A program made the translations under genes and the position numbers. Source: Raillietiella orientalis (Eukaryota). From it: 64,000 bases of DNA. The notes under the pieces were generated by a model. It was not told where the DNA came from. It searched no databases and was given only the letters and a program-made list of their open reading frames with translations. The stretch spans positions 744,001-808,000 of the forward strand of contig JAYWIR010000023.1 in NCBI GenBank assembly GCA_036172245.1. Reading direction: 5' to 3'. Below are positions 37,401-50,640 of this stretch, in pieces; the stretch's first letter is position 1; every line of letters begins with the position of its first letter.

Positions 37401-38710
37401 CTGAAAAAAATGGTGATGGAAAATGTCCTGAGAAAAAAAATTTAACGAGCAGAGCATCCTCCCAAAAATTCCCTGCTGGCACCGAAACCCGTCCGCGAAA
37501 AACAATTTCATTAATGCATTCCTCCAATGCATTTTCCAATGAAATAAATAAACTGAACACGGAGGCAGCCGCGATGTGGCAAATCTGATGTTTATCGATT
37601 CCACCGAGGAGCAATACCACGTACATATAGGGTTTCCTCCTGGACGTTCCTTCTTCCGGAATGGGTGCCGACGATACACAGAACCGTTATCCGAGGAACA
37701 GGCGGACGAAGAACGGAGCCAAGGGAAGAAATAATAAACGGAAAGGGAAGAAAAATAATTCTCAGGTGCATCTCGAACAGGACGAGAGGATCGGGGACTC
37801 TTGAAAGCTGGTCCCGAAAAACTTCTCTTTGCGTGTTTTCGGAGCTCTTCTCCAATCCGTGGCGCCATGAAATCAATTGGTGATCGAATACTGCCCAAAC
37901 AGTGTGCATCTATTGGTCACCTTATGTATAAGAATGCCGACCGATGTAATCAAATCGACGAATCGACAGTAAATCGATTTTGGGGGAATCGATGGAAACA
38001 AACAATCGTACAGGATAACTGTTGCTTTTTTGATTATATAGTTAATTACGATTAACTGCCTACTATGTGCTGAATTTCGCACTTGCATTGTGGGAAATAA
38101 CCTACCGATACATAGCGATGTATCGGTAGGTTACGTACCTAGGGGGATTTGCAATCTGTATGGCAGCATTCAGATTTCTCGGAAAATTTCGAACCCCGTT
38201 CCCTCGGGATCGGTGATCTCGTGTCAACTTTGTCCATCTCGAGAGGATGCCTCGTGCACGCATCTCCCACCGCGAATGTTCTTGAAACCGCAGACATGGG
38301 CCGCTGCCTGCTTGAAGAGGGAGGCTGCGAGAAGCAGGGGCGACCTCGCTGAAACCATGGTGGTATGCAGAAGGAAGAAATTACCAACAGGCACTGTGAA
38401 CGCACACTCCAAAACATGAACACACGGGAGAGTTCTTTCCCATAGAGCACGAATTTCTTTCTATAGTCGCTAATTTAATAAGAGGGATAATGCATTGGAG
38501 ACATCTGCCTTCACACAGGAATTGAAATAAAGAAATGTCAGACCATGGAGTGATTTATGAAATTCCTAGATATCAATTTTTTTTTCTTTTTGAACTCTTT
38601 CTTGGATACAAGACTTGTCAGCGTTTCACTTATTGTTCTTCAAGGCTTTCAAAACGGTGACGTACACATTCTTTTCGCTACATGCTGCCAAGAACATCTG
38701 GGGATTATGA

Positions 38711-39372
38711 GTGTGGACACAGAGATTTCGAGCCGAGGATCCAAGTACCACGTGAAACTCTTCGGAGCCTCCTCTTGTTCGTCCGAGGGATCGCAAACGT
38801 CCACCACGGCAACAACCGGCACGGGCAGCGTGCAGTGGTCCATGCCCCCTTCTGTGCGAGGATGGGAAAACCGAGCAGCGCTGCCAAAGGAGAGAGAGAA
38901 CGGCGTGCTCGTGCATCACGCTGGGTGCACGCGGGGTGGCGAAAACGGACGGCGCCTCGCACGGTGCACGCCGAGCGCAGGAACGACCTCTGTTCGCGGA
39001 ACACTTGCAAAGATGCCGTGGCGATGGACGCGACGCATCTGGAGACTCTCGAGACCAGGACCTCCGCCTGCAGGATGCCCACCTTGGCGACGAGGCGACT
39101 CGGATGTGTCCATGTTTCGGCCGAGCTGCTGACGTCGGCAGCTCGTGACGGCCTCGGTATCGCGTCGGGGTCTCCGATCCTCGAGGGACGTTGACCAGCT
39201 GGGGAAGGAGAACCGGAGAGGCAGGAAGCCAACGTCGCGGGTCACGAGCCTTCCTTTGCGAGGTTCAGCTGCGCTTCCGCGAGGCGGACGGTGCGTTGAA
39301 GCTGCTGCGCGCAATCGTGAAAGAGATCACGGACAGTGGATCTGTGTACTTTCTGGAGGCTCTCTGTTCCAG
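38711..39372 (-). repeat. Right arm of the 662-bp inverted duplication
   Basis: Same evidence as the left arm. It directly abuts SINE fragments starting at 39374. Confidence 0.95.
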
Positions 39373-39373
39373 G

Positions 39374-39540
39374 CAGCCTCCATTCATTCGGGTGCTGCTC
39401 TGGTAGCGGTTCAAACCGGATGCCCTCGACGAGGGTCAGGACAACGGAAGTCGACCCTGGGGGAGGAGTGGAGGGGAGTTCTTCCGGTTGAGCAAAGAAG
39501 CGGACCTTCCAGTGTGGGGGACTCCTCCGAGTCGTTCAGA
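39374..39540 (+). mobile_element. Internal fragment of the same SINE-like family, inverted relative to the adjacent copy E
   Basis: CAGCCTCCATTCATTCGGGTGCTGCTCTGGTAGCGGTTCAAACCGGATGC (39374-39423) is 47/50 identical to the reverse complement of 39734-39783. Confidence 0.7.
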
Positions 39541-39546
39541 TGTTGA

Positions 39547-39915
39547 GAAGGATCGGCTCGCTTCGTGGTTTTCTCTCTGGAGAGGTGGCTACACACCTAC
39601 TCCAGCAGTACGACGCTGAGGGTCATCCCGGAATGGGGGGTCTGATTACTCCACAAATGGAAGAGTCAACCCACTCCTTGATTCCTGGAACTACCGGGAG
39701 GGTCGACTACCATCGTTCCGGCCCATATCGGAAGCATCCGGTTTGAACCGCTACCAGTGCCGCAACCGAATGAATGGAGGCTGACCAGCATCATCTCGCG
39801 GGAGGAACTCGAACCTACGGGCGCCCTGCGTCGATTTCTTTCGGTTCGAGCCCGCGACGCTTGGTAATGCTACGGGCGGAGACCACCGTTACCACAAAGC
39901 CTTCGACGCGGGTTA
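39547..39915 (-). mobile_element. 5' half of the SINE-like element (copy E)
   Basis: The reverse complement aligns with ~9073-9450, from the tRNA head through GAAGCGAGCCGATCC. Confidence 0.75.
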
Positions 39916-41229
39916 GCTGGTGACTTTCAGTTAAAGAAAGAGGTCAAACGCGACAAGGGAAGATCGAACAATGACAGCGTTGAGCGGCAACCACAATATT
40001 TGGTGCTTGCTTGATGCACTAAAACATGCATTTTAGTTTGCTCGCTTTTTACGTCCGGTTTGTCAACGCCAATGCTTTGTGTCTTCTAAGCACCGTACAG
40101 TTGCGAACGCATGCTGTTTCTTATTTTTCCTTTGGGAAGTTCTTCCTTTGAACGTCATCCCTCTTTTCCTTACTTTTATGGAGCATTGCAGAAGATGACA
40201 CCAGCATTGCACTGTCTCTACTCTGTGGGTCAAGAATCTTCCTGTTTTCCAGAAATCTTTTACGACAAATGGTTTCCATTAATTCTTCTCGTGTTCTTTC
40301 TCTCGTAAAAAAGAAAAGCGAGAAAAGCGACGATAGATAGGAAGGATAGCAGCTGCTCAGAATCCATCAGCAGAGTTTCAGCAAATACTCATGATCAACG
40401 CGGTCGAAAATCTTCTCATTCCGGCATACGTTGGCACGAATCTTGGTCTGGAATGATCCGGGTTTCCTTTACTCACAATGCACATCCAAGCTCAAATTAG
40501 AATTATTTGCAATGCCTTGGGCTATTCTCAACCAAACACCCTTTCATCTCAGACCACCCAGTTTCCTAGGGGACAGAAGTGCCGAGTTTGGCTTTTTGTC
40601 ACGATAATTGTATCAAGTTGAAGTCCATCGTGCTCCAGCCTGAGTTTCTTAAAATGGTAGAGAGCCTCTGGATATATCATTTGCTTGCAATCCAACGAAA
40701 CTCGTGCTTGTATTGGTTAATCACTAATGTACAGATGTACATGTTCTTCAATCCGTCATTGTTACCTCCAAGCGTGCCTTTGACATTGATATTCCAAGAA
40801 AAGCTGTCTCAGGTTCTCAGAGGAAGCGGATGTGTCACTCTATGAGGAAGTTGAGGTGAAACATGATGAAGGACTTCGTTTCGTTCCCAAGAAGACCCAT
40901 TCACACAGAATGGAAATCTCAAACTGGCCCAAATCATCGCGCACACTGCCTCCGCCACCTCGGAGTTCTCTAGGGCACTCCATCATTCCCGAACGCTGAA
41001 ACGCTTGCTTCGAACACGCAACTGATGCGATCCCGGAAGAAGTTCGAGGATGCAGGCAGCTTGGAGAATTTGTCGACGCGCCAGAAGTCCGATTTCTGCG
41101 GTCTGCTTTGTGTCGATTTCGGCTTCTTTCGTGTCGTCTGCGGTTCTGCGTCCGTGTGTTTCTCCTCGTCGCGAGGAATGATTCGACGGGATCACAGGTT
41201 TGTGGATGCAGAGAGAACCAGAGTTCCGT

Positions 41230-41620
41230 TTACGGCTTGTTCTTCACCTCCGTTGCATCCGACTCACTCCCGCTGACGGGTAGCATCCTCTTTTCGTGTT
41301 TCCCTTTCTGCACCCGAAGTCCGACCTCGATGTCACCGAAAAGTCCTCATAGCCACACTCTTCGTACGCTCCACGTACTTCACACTTGGGTCCTTCTCAG
41401 CGAATTGTCCCGGATTCATTCCACAGAGGGGTATGAAGTTCAAGAAATCTGTTTACAGGCACGTAATGTGATGCAGCTCCTCGAGATCCTCACGCACGTA
41501 CTCCGTACACTATTGAAGTACCATTTCGTTAAAACACACAAAGGATTCGTGTTCTGTGATTCTCATTCATCTGTGGTACGAAGCGGACATGGCATCTGCG
41601 TTGTCCAGGGGCTGAAAATC
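41230..41620 (-). pseudogene. Possible KolX / P2X7-ballast-like Cys-rich domain relic
   Basis: The minus frame, with stops, reads RITEHESFVCFNEMVLQ..ITCL*TDF..RTKSVAMRTF / GKHEKRMLP. This resembles CITxHxxF..CLNxxVL..RxxAYRxF..GxxxRxxLP. It lies next to the Kolobok relic. Confidence 0.35.
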
Positions 41621-42189
41621 GTCGCCTTGGATCCCACTCAATGCCTCTGCTCCGTGCGGATTGCAGCTCACACTGCTCTTTGGGGTTTCGCTGACGGAAC
41701 TTTTTTGCATGACTGTGGATACGCCACGGATCACGACCCGAGGATACGGCCTTCACCATCCGTTGCCCAGCAGTTTTCATTACACGCGATTTCCACCACA
41801 CCATGCATCTTTCGAGCCAAAACTCGAACTCGAAGTTTCCGAGCATTTCGTGTTATCGTGCTGTTTAAACCTCGGCACGGTTCTTGTGCGGCCCTTTACG
41901 GGAATAATGAACTGAGGAGAAAAGCCATGGTTACGAAATAGTTCAGAATCCCAGTCGAAGCAAAGCCATGGAACTCCAAGGAAGGCAAAGCCTGCTGTGA
42001 GTGAAAATCTCTAAGAAACCTTCTGGTAGGACTTCTGCCCGAAACAGTAAAGAAAAACAGTTTTTCTGCTAATGACAGTATGCACCCGATTCTGTCTGGT
42101 TTGGCACCACTTACGGTGATACAAATGCTGCTGGTTGTGATGGAGGGTCATTCGAAATCCTGTCTTTAGAGAAATCCACATCCAAAAAG

Positions 42190-42244
42190 AAATCTCAGCA
42201 ATCTCAACTCTCAAGAAATCTCAATCTCAATCTCTCAATCTCAA
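42190..42244. repeat. Degenerate (AATCTC)n microsatellite
   Basis: aatctcagcaatctcaactctcaagaaatctcaatctcaatctctcaatctcaa. Confidence 0.8.
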
Positions 42245-42859
42245 GCTAAGATGCCTACACCAATAGTAGGATGTAATTATAAGGTACAACAAGCAGCTCA
42301 GGTGGCTTTCTTAAAGGTATCCAAGATCTCATCTGGGATTGGGTCACAAATTTCCGATCAGACATGGGTTCGTCATCACGTTCATGGAAGGTTTATTTCA
42401 AAATCCTTTTCGAAAAGGGACTCGTGACTCTTCTCGGCTATAGATCCGTTCCATCCAAACAAGATGATACGGAAACGCGACAATTCCTTCGAGTATTCTT
42501 TCTTTCTGAGAGAGCATTTCGTAGCGAAACTTTTTTGTTGGATGACGCGAACTTCGCTGCTCCATCCCAATGGAGTTAACCGGAACCACGCTTTTTTATT
42601 TTTGTTCTTCAGGACCTGCATCCAACCTCTCCGAGGATCCCAAGGAGGTGGATTCTACAAAGTGTGGTTATTGGATGGATTTCCTTAACCAACAGCGCGT
42701 GTTAGGAGGAAGATGTTGAAGAGTGCCCCGCGTCAAATGGTCCTTGTCTTCAAACCAGTAGTCCCGAGAAGATTGTTCAAAAAGACCGTTTTTCGAGGCC
42801 TCTGCAACGCTGCTTTTACAACGAACACCTCGGGCCGGAACTTGCCTTCGTTCTTGCTC

Positions 42860-44440
42860 CACGCAACTCTGTCGTGGCCATGATGGAATTAAAACTTGAT
42901 GCTGATGTTTCAAGGTTTGCATTTGTCCTTACAACGTGGGCACGTTTTTGTTTTTATTTTGTTTTGAGAAAATTCGAAAATCCTCAGATTCATCCCAAAG
43001 GTTGTGTTGCCAATCTTTCTGTTTCTCTTGGATACCACAGCTGCGAACCTGGCTTCAGAATCTCTTCGTGGCTGTTCAAAAGCAGCAGCAGACTCAGGAA
43101 TCACCTCTTCTAAAGTTAACACTTGCATACGCTCGCTTTGCTTTTCTCGAGGCAGTTTAGCTGTGCTGCTTTCATGATTGACACCAGACCCTGCAATTAT
43201 GTCACTGTCAAAGAACTTCCATTCTTTAACGAGGTTCAACTGTTCTCATCTCGCGATTATTTAAAAAAAAATTAAACCACGATCTCCGGTTTCGTACTTT
43301 GGACTGCCTGCATTGCACAAGTACGATTTTGGTATTCTTTTACAAAAGTCCAAAAAAGTCTCCCAAACAGGCGCCAACAGCATAAATCAGGGATGGAAGA
43401 AGGTCCAATGCACAAATCCCTGATCACATCTATTAGGGAGTAATCAAACAGCGCCCGCACCACTGAATTCATGATGGAATCTCGTTAATTTGCGCGATTC
43501 GATTCTCAGTCCTCCTTAGCGTGGAGTCCAGATCTCAAAGTCCGGATCCAAAAATTTCGAAAAACTGAGATTTCCCTTCGCTTTTGGCTCCTCATTCCAA
43601 TTTCCTTAATCCTTTTAAGTTATTGTTTTTCAAGAGATTCATCCTTTCGTTAACCTCAAGTTTTCTTTGTGTGGCACCTTCATAATTAAGTACTTTAAAG
43701 TGAATCAAATGTAACCCATCTTCAACGGCTTCCCAAAGTTCAAATCGATGCTCAAAAGCAAAGTGCTTTTCGTAATGATCTGATCGTTCGGGCTTGTTTC
43801 TGGGACAAGAGAGACTGTTGGTTATCTCACCAAACGAAGTCAGATAATTACGAATTTGTGACTGAGAAAGCACGAACAAGGTACGAATTATCTGCAGGGA
43901 AAAGAAGTGCCTCGAAAGAATCTCTCTCAGCCAGGTAGAGATCGCCAAATCAGTGCTCCCTTTCCAGTTTCTCGAATTCCCGCTTTCATTTTTACAAATC
44001 ACTCCCACATGTTTAATTTGCATCCCGATGTAATGCTTGGGATATTTTGCGTCTCTGAAGTTTCGACTGGCACCAAAGTCTGATACAGGCGCTGCGCCGA
44101 CACGCCCGAACCCGGCGACTCCGAAACTCGGAGAACCATCTGGCAGCGTCTGCCATCTTCCGTGTCCTTTTCCAACTAGTGGGCATCTCAGGAAGCTGCG
44201 TTCCTCTTGCGAGTGTGCACCGAATCGCACGCACTTGCCCGCCAGAAAACCCTCTAAGAAAATGAGACCGAGTTCTGAGAAACTGCTGCTTGTTCATTTA
44301 TGCGACTCGACTGTGGCAAAAGTTGGTCTGCTCGTTGGACAAGCCCAGCAGCATCCCAGAGCGTCGCCGGAAAATTCGATGTGGAGAAGGTCCAGGATTC
44401 ACTTTTTCATTTGCCACACATAGCTGATTTCACCTGCACG
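42860..44440 (-). mobile_element. Decayed Kolobok-superfamily DDD/E transposase relic
   Basis: Motifs appear in the expected order across frameshifts: DG../ESPGSGVSAQ (~44110; cf. DGRxDSPGxSA), IKHVGVICKNESGNSRN-(M)ERE (~43980; cf. SxxMExEG), SQIRNYL (~43850; cf. TDxHxQI), EHRFELW (~43740; cf. HxFDxWH), and TNANLE..FNS (~42900; cf. TxxLExFNS). No TIRs identified. Confidence 0.6.
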
Positions 44441-47399
44441 TGTTTAACGGGAAGAAAATGGAAATCGGGACGGCCTCGTGGACTTCAGCATCTCGTTCGA
44501 TATTTCGAATTTAGCGGAATCTTCGCTCCTTCACGTGCGCATGCACCTCATCCTAGAAGGGACGGGCTGTTCGTTACTGTATCGCAAGCAATGCTGTCAA
44601 CTGGTAAGCCTTCCTTCTTCGCAAATGGAAAGATTCCGTGATCCTAAGTGCTCTTTGCGAAATCAAGGCATCATGTGGAGTCTGGCTTCATTTGATGCCT
44701 CCGAATGAAAGATGCCACGGATAATTCTTCCTTTCCAGCATCCCGTTGAAGTCGAATCACGCACCCTTGCTGCACTTAATTAAAAACATGAGAACGGCTC
44801 CGAATCTGAAACACCCGTATCGCAGCTGTCCGTGATGCGAACTTCCTTCGTTCGGATGCAAACATCCAAAGCACAAGAGTGCACCTGAGTATTGATCTGG
44901 AACCCGAGGAGATTCCGCTGGAAGCAGATTTCATTTTCTATAGAGAATAAAATCCCACACCTCCTCTAAGTCAGGATTTACCACATCATCAACAATTCAA
45001 GAACACAGGAATGCAAGCAAGCACGATCTCTCTAAGCTGGCCTTGGGATACGTTCGATATTGCACCAGCAATCAGCTTAAGAAGCTACAACGGATGCTGA
45101 GCTGGAAAGCTTCATAAGGAATCTGAATAAAATGCTGGCCACCGAGAGACCAGCCCTCGAAAATGGGATTTTTCAGGTAACTGAAGGTTGATTTGAATTG
45201 GCGGGAGGAAAGGCGTGAAGCTGTCGTACATGCTCAAAAACCAGGAAGAACAGTAATCCTTCTGGCAAAGGGGAAGACAAAGGAAGCACCAAATCGAAAG
45301 CTGAAGAGGAGAGGGAGTTATTGGAAAGCAATCCATTAAGATTCCACACCGTTGATCACATTTAGTGGGAAAGAATGGTGCTTGCAATTCTTTTCCACAA
45401 GTGATCGAGGCAAACTAACTGACTCCAGAGAAACAGGGCCGATCGGACGTTTTGTAAATACCGCAGTGCCCCATTGCTGAAGCAGTTATAGAAACAGTTC
45501 CTCATGCACCCCTGCGTGGAATTTCCGGACATGCCCTGTGAATAGTTGCACCAACTACTAAGCTGTATTAGCAATCCAGTCGTATCCACCCTTTGTTGTT
45601 AAGTGTCTTAGTTTGCGTCTTCTTTGGTCATTCTTTACAATGAGACAAAGGGACATCTTTTATAGGTAGGGAGAATTATTCTGCGAAAACCGATTCCATA
45701 GTCGAAGCATGAACTTTCACTCCCGAATACTTGTACGCTCCCGCCTTCTTTTGAATGAGAAAAAGAAACGTCCGTTTTGGACAAGCAGTGGGAAGTAGAA
45801 GGTAAAAGCAATAAGGGCAAGACAGGTTTCCTTATCGTCCTGGATGGTTCATATTCAGGTCCAGAAGAGAAGAACGTCCACACACGACAAGCCTGTTGGA
45901 TTCGCTCTTTTCCCTCTAATGGAAATCAGGGCACCGTGCGCTGTTGTATAATAAATCCAAGCAGAATGCTCAATGCTCCGTGAGAGTCGGTGTGTCTCTA
46001 AAGAGCTATGGCTATGGCGAATGGAAGAAAACACAAGGAAAGGGGTAGCTGTCTTCAGAGTCAAAGCGGAAAAGCTTTAAGAAAATGAAAATCACCAAAC
46101 AATACACAATTCCTCTCATAAAGGAACATTCCAGAGAAAGTTCGTTCCTTTCCTAGTTGAGGATGCGATGCATTCTCGATGACTATGGAGCAGAATCGCT
46201 TTGTCACGAGCTAAAGGATATTGAAAAGGACGAGATGTTGGTGAAGAACAAGACTCAAAGGAGAATCCCAGATTTGCGTTTTTTTTTTTTTGGCTTTTTT
46301 GTTGTTGCTGCTGTTGCAGTTGGAAACGGTTTGTACGCGCGGTTGCTAACGATCCTCAAAAGTGTAGGTCAAGAGAAACAACATCGAGTGATTTGTTCAA
46401 TCCGAGGAAACGGAAGAGAAAACCACCTTTGTCAGCAGCTGGAAGCAAAGTGATAGAATAAAGGCCAAATCAACAAATGAGGTGGACTCTCGGATAGAGA
46501 GTTCCTGTCAGAAGCTCCATGTGAATTGGAGACTGGAATCGGATCAGTCTGCTGGACGGAGAAGTTCCAGAAAATTCAGAATGGCACCAAAGCTTCCTCC
46601 ATGGTTACGCCTACGAGCTACGCAATACTGCCTTTAAAGCACGAGGCTCTGTCTGATATCGCAAAAAGCAAGGATTGGTCCATGATTACCAAGACAACAG
46701 AAGGGCAGTCCAAAATTAAAAGGGAAACGAAAACCAAATCCCGAAATTCCCAGCATGGAAACGAGTGTTGGAAAAAAAGATACAGGGGCTCCGATGCTGC
46801 CGAGAATGGATGCGTTACGTAGAACTGACAGAATGGTGAAAATCCGGATCTACTGTGAGAGCTGCGAGTGAACTGCTCCTGTTTCTGTCTGAATGAAGAT
46901 TTTGAGACCACAGGTTTCTTCTTGTTTCGTGAAGATCAGGTTCATTTCCGTTTCCAGCTCCCAGAGTGAGATGCTCGAGGCCAAGGCGAAGTGGTTCTGA
47001 GCTCGCAAGATTCCGCCTTTGCTCACGCAGAAAAGAGTATGGGATTTCTGAACCACAGTTCAGGTAGGTTCATTCCTTTCCTGAAGTAACCGAAAATCGA
47101 TGTCAGTCTGAATTACCGTACAGTGCATTTGGCTGCATCTCAGGTTTCCAGCTTGCATCGTCATGGAAAACTCGGATGGCCGTTTACGTCGCCGCCTTGG
47201 GCGTTGCAAATGATACCACAATGGTGTAGCACCGAAGCTGCATCAGTAGTGTAGTGGGGTTATTCCCTGAGAGGTGAGGTGGCTATGCCTGCATCTTCTT
47301 CGATCCCGAAGAAAGATCAAGGTCACCCAACTCCTTTCGATCTTTCGACGAAGATCAAAAGGAGCTGGAAGCTCTTCTCTCTGCGCTGCTGCCCTTTAT

Positions 47400-47700
47400 C
47401 TTTGCTTCGATGTTCTCGCCAACGCGCGTTCGCTGCTGCTTTGAAAGCAGAAACGTCCTGGAGCAAAATGTATGCTGGACCAGGGACACGACTCATCTCG
47501 TCAATCGTTTTTGCAAGCGTAACGGCAGTCTCTTCCTCTGTGCGTTTGGCATCTCATGATGGGAACGGAGTTTAGGAAGTCCGGATTTTATCTGAGGGTA
47601 CATATGCACCTCATGGGAGTCTCGAAACCTGCAGCCGAGAACTACAGTCATCTGATGATTTCCACAATCGATCTTGCGCCACCGCAAGATGAATTGCGGA
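47400..47700 (-). mobile_element. Possible Mutator/MULE transposase relic
   Basis: EETAVTLAKTIDEM..PAYILLQDVSAFKAAANARW.EHR loosely fits the MULE second-D region (E..L..P...D..A..A..F..H). Confidence 0.2.
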
Positions 47701-49354
47701 ACTCTTTACTTTTTTGGAGCTGACGGGCAAATAGCCAGCAAGAGCAAGACAGGACGTTTGATCGGTTTCTTGGCAAACAAGGAAGCGGCTCAACTTTTGG
47801 CATCTTCATCAAACCCCAGCATCCCGTGAGAAAAAGTTAGCTCACAGAGTCCCTCTGTAATGTATTTTTCATTCAATTCAGTTTCCACTTCTCCATTAGA
47901 AGGTATCACACCCAAATGAACGAGACTTGCTAAGACATGAGTACCTCCTGGAAGTTTCCGGAAATAGGATCGAGCTCCTCTGATAATTGAAAATCTTTCT
48001 TGTTTGCTTTTAGATTTGCTTTCGTGAACCATCTAGAAGTGTTTCCAACTAACGACATTGGATCTTCGGTCAGTCCCATGATGCTGCCATTGAGCAACCT
48101 TGCAGAGATGCTGAGTTTGCTACAGCATTTTACTAACAATTTTGCTCATTGGGAAACGGGAGTAATTGCAAATTCATCTGATTATGGGCTCTCGTGTCTA
48201 TCGGGCGTTTTTTTTTGTTTTTGTTTTTATTGATCACACAGCCTTGAATGAACAGAGCTGCTATCTTTGCTCTTTTACTTAGAGCGCAGTTGGTTAGCAC
48301 ACCGAAACCATAGCGGATAAGCTTTTGATAGATGAGTGATGTGATCATCCTGTTATCTCATGTCGTTCTTCGTCCGCGCATTCATCATCCTTTCATGACT
48401 TTCTAGCTGAGCTGTTATCCCGATTTTTTCCCTCACATTTCTTGACTCTCATCACGGTTTTGCTAGCATTTGCATTTTCTTGAGAATCATAGAGTTATGG
48501 AATTATTTCTTGCGAAGCAGCACCAATTTGTTGTTCGGAGGCTCATGGTCGTTCACTATCACGTCTGTATCTTCATTGCTTATCAGACTTTCTCGGAAAG
48601 CTTGACTTGCTTTTGTTATTGTTTTTTTACTCCATGTTTGTGTTGACATCGCTAAGATCTTAGGATGCCAAAGCCAGAGATATATCTTCGAAAAAGTGCT
48701 CCATGATTTCAGTGCTAGGTAAACGTTGATTATCCTCATGGTTTTGTTCTTTCACTCTGATTCCTTTGTTTTCAGCACCAACTTCGCACAACAGAATTCT
48801 CAGCTGTGAAAGCTTCGTGGCTTACACGTTTCTTTATGCTTTTTGATTTGCTTTTTTTGCTCTCCCATGAGAGTGCCGAAGAAAATTCTACATCTGAACG
48901 TAAATTTTTCTGCTTCTTTTTCTCGCTTACAGATCTTTCTCAAAGCAGTTTTCCCGTTTGCTAGTTCGGCAGTATACCTATCCACATTCCTTCGTTGCTT
49001 CTGGGATTCACTACTAGATGTCGCCAGCTTTCACGAAAGAGCCAGCTTGCCGCGAAACGCCCCCGGCTCCAAGAAACGCGAAAGCTCAAGGAACCGCTAT
49101 GCGTGTAGGTAATTAGATCACACATCATCGTCATCTATCGATAACATTAGGAAACATGTTCATTAGTATTAATGTGAACGTTAAGATACATTTCTGGACT
49201 TTAACAGCTGCCAGCCCTCGTGGTCAGCAGCTTCGTCGGCAATGTCTTTTTCCGACGTTTGCTGAGTCGGTCAAAGCTTTGGCTGCTGGTGTTGCCCGTT
49301 GTGTTTCGTCTTTTTGTGTTTCTTCTTCCCCCGCTCGACCCGCGCGTTTCGCCC

Positions 49355-49545
49355 GAGCTTTCGCCAAGTTTCCTACTTTGCAGCACTTATACGAGGTGCT
49401 TGCAGAAGTTTCTTCAAAATTTTCTGCACAAACATCGCGGATGTTATCCACCAAAAATCAAACTTTTCTTCAATTCATCAAAAAAAGAGCTTCTTCATCA
49501 TCAGCTTCTTGAGGACTTCATCAGGATAAACCTTAGCGCACAACT
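49355..49545 (-). mobile_element. Possible retroelement gag relic (degenerate CCHC knuckle)
   Basis: ELCAKVYPD upstream and SYKCCKVGNLAK, which resembles CYKCGKxGHLAK. Confidence 0.25.
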
Positions 49546-50264
49546 CATAACACGCTGAGTATGGGATCTCTGGCATGCTCTGGGGACTTTGCGAGAGCAT
49601 GAGGCAACTTTACATACGTTACCTCAACAAAAAAATTACAGTACTCCCACGTTCCAATTACAGTACTGTACACTGTGCGCTTTGCACGTGAGGTTCCTTC
49701 TCTTCAGCAGCTTTCCTTGCAATCCGTATTCGATGCGGCTTTTCCCCGTGATTTGGGGCAGCCCACCTTTGCCAAGAGTCTGCCTCACTGATGGCAAGAA
49801 GTCTCCAAGAAGAGATCATAGGTTCTCTTACCCACTCGCTCTAAAGGAGACTCTGCTTTAACTCTCAGATGTTGAAAGGGTGGGGAGAAGGAAGAATGCA
49901 CCCATTTTTCACTCTCTTCCTATTTGAATAAGAAAGAACGAAAACTTCCCGTTCCTTCCGCTTCCCGACTTTCGTCAAGTCGGGAAACGTTCAGGGAATC
50001 CAGGCTACCATATCTTCTACGTCGCGGTCGCTCGTCGTCATCTCCCGAATTCCCTGAAAATCGAAACGGAATTTTCCAAGTTCAGTCGCAAAAAATTTTC
50101 CCTTCGATTTTATTCCCGGATGCGCGATTGCTGCAGCTGAACAACTGGTGAGGTCGCCTCCTTATCACTCGCGGGCATGATTCGCGGGCTTCGGGAGAGG
50201 GCAGGAAGACTTCAGTGTTTGCTGCTAGATGTGGGTCAGGACAGCTATCCAGAGACCGTGCGTT

Positions 50265-50640
50265 GGATCCTCTCATGCATGATTTGGAACTTTTGCGTCC
50301 AAGTATGTTCCTCAAAAGGGAATCCAGCACGCTTCCTCGTCACCAGTAAAGTTTACGTCTTAGTGTCCCTTAACTTTCCTATTTTGAAGGTTGGATCGCA
50401 GTAAGCGCCCATTGGCATTGCAGACCACAAGCCGATGAGAAAATCAAGCTTCCCTCCTCCGTTTGAGGAACTCCACAGAAAGGGAGCTGAAGACATGAAT
50501 TCAGTGTTTCCTTTCTGCATCCTCAGAACAAGTGCGGATTCGTTTTGCATTTCTTTTCTTCGCTTCAGATTCCTTTTTCCTCCTTGGTGCTTCCGGATGT
50601 GTGCCGACAGTCTCTTTGAGATTTCTGACACATTCCCGTA
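50265..50640 (-). pseudogene. Degenerate C2H2 zinc-finger array relic
   Basis: Fragments MCQKS/RLSAHIRKHQGGKR, CSE, YCDPTFK..L and MHERI resemble C2H2 fingers and HTGEK-type linkers. Confidence 0.35.

Noticed and set aside
41108..41941. 277-aa plus-strand ORF
   Set aside because: No recognisable domain; it is probably the antisense shadow of the minus-strand relic.
42311..42322. TTAAAGG as a Kolobok terminus
   Set aside because: No matching inverted terminus was found on the other side of the transposase relic.
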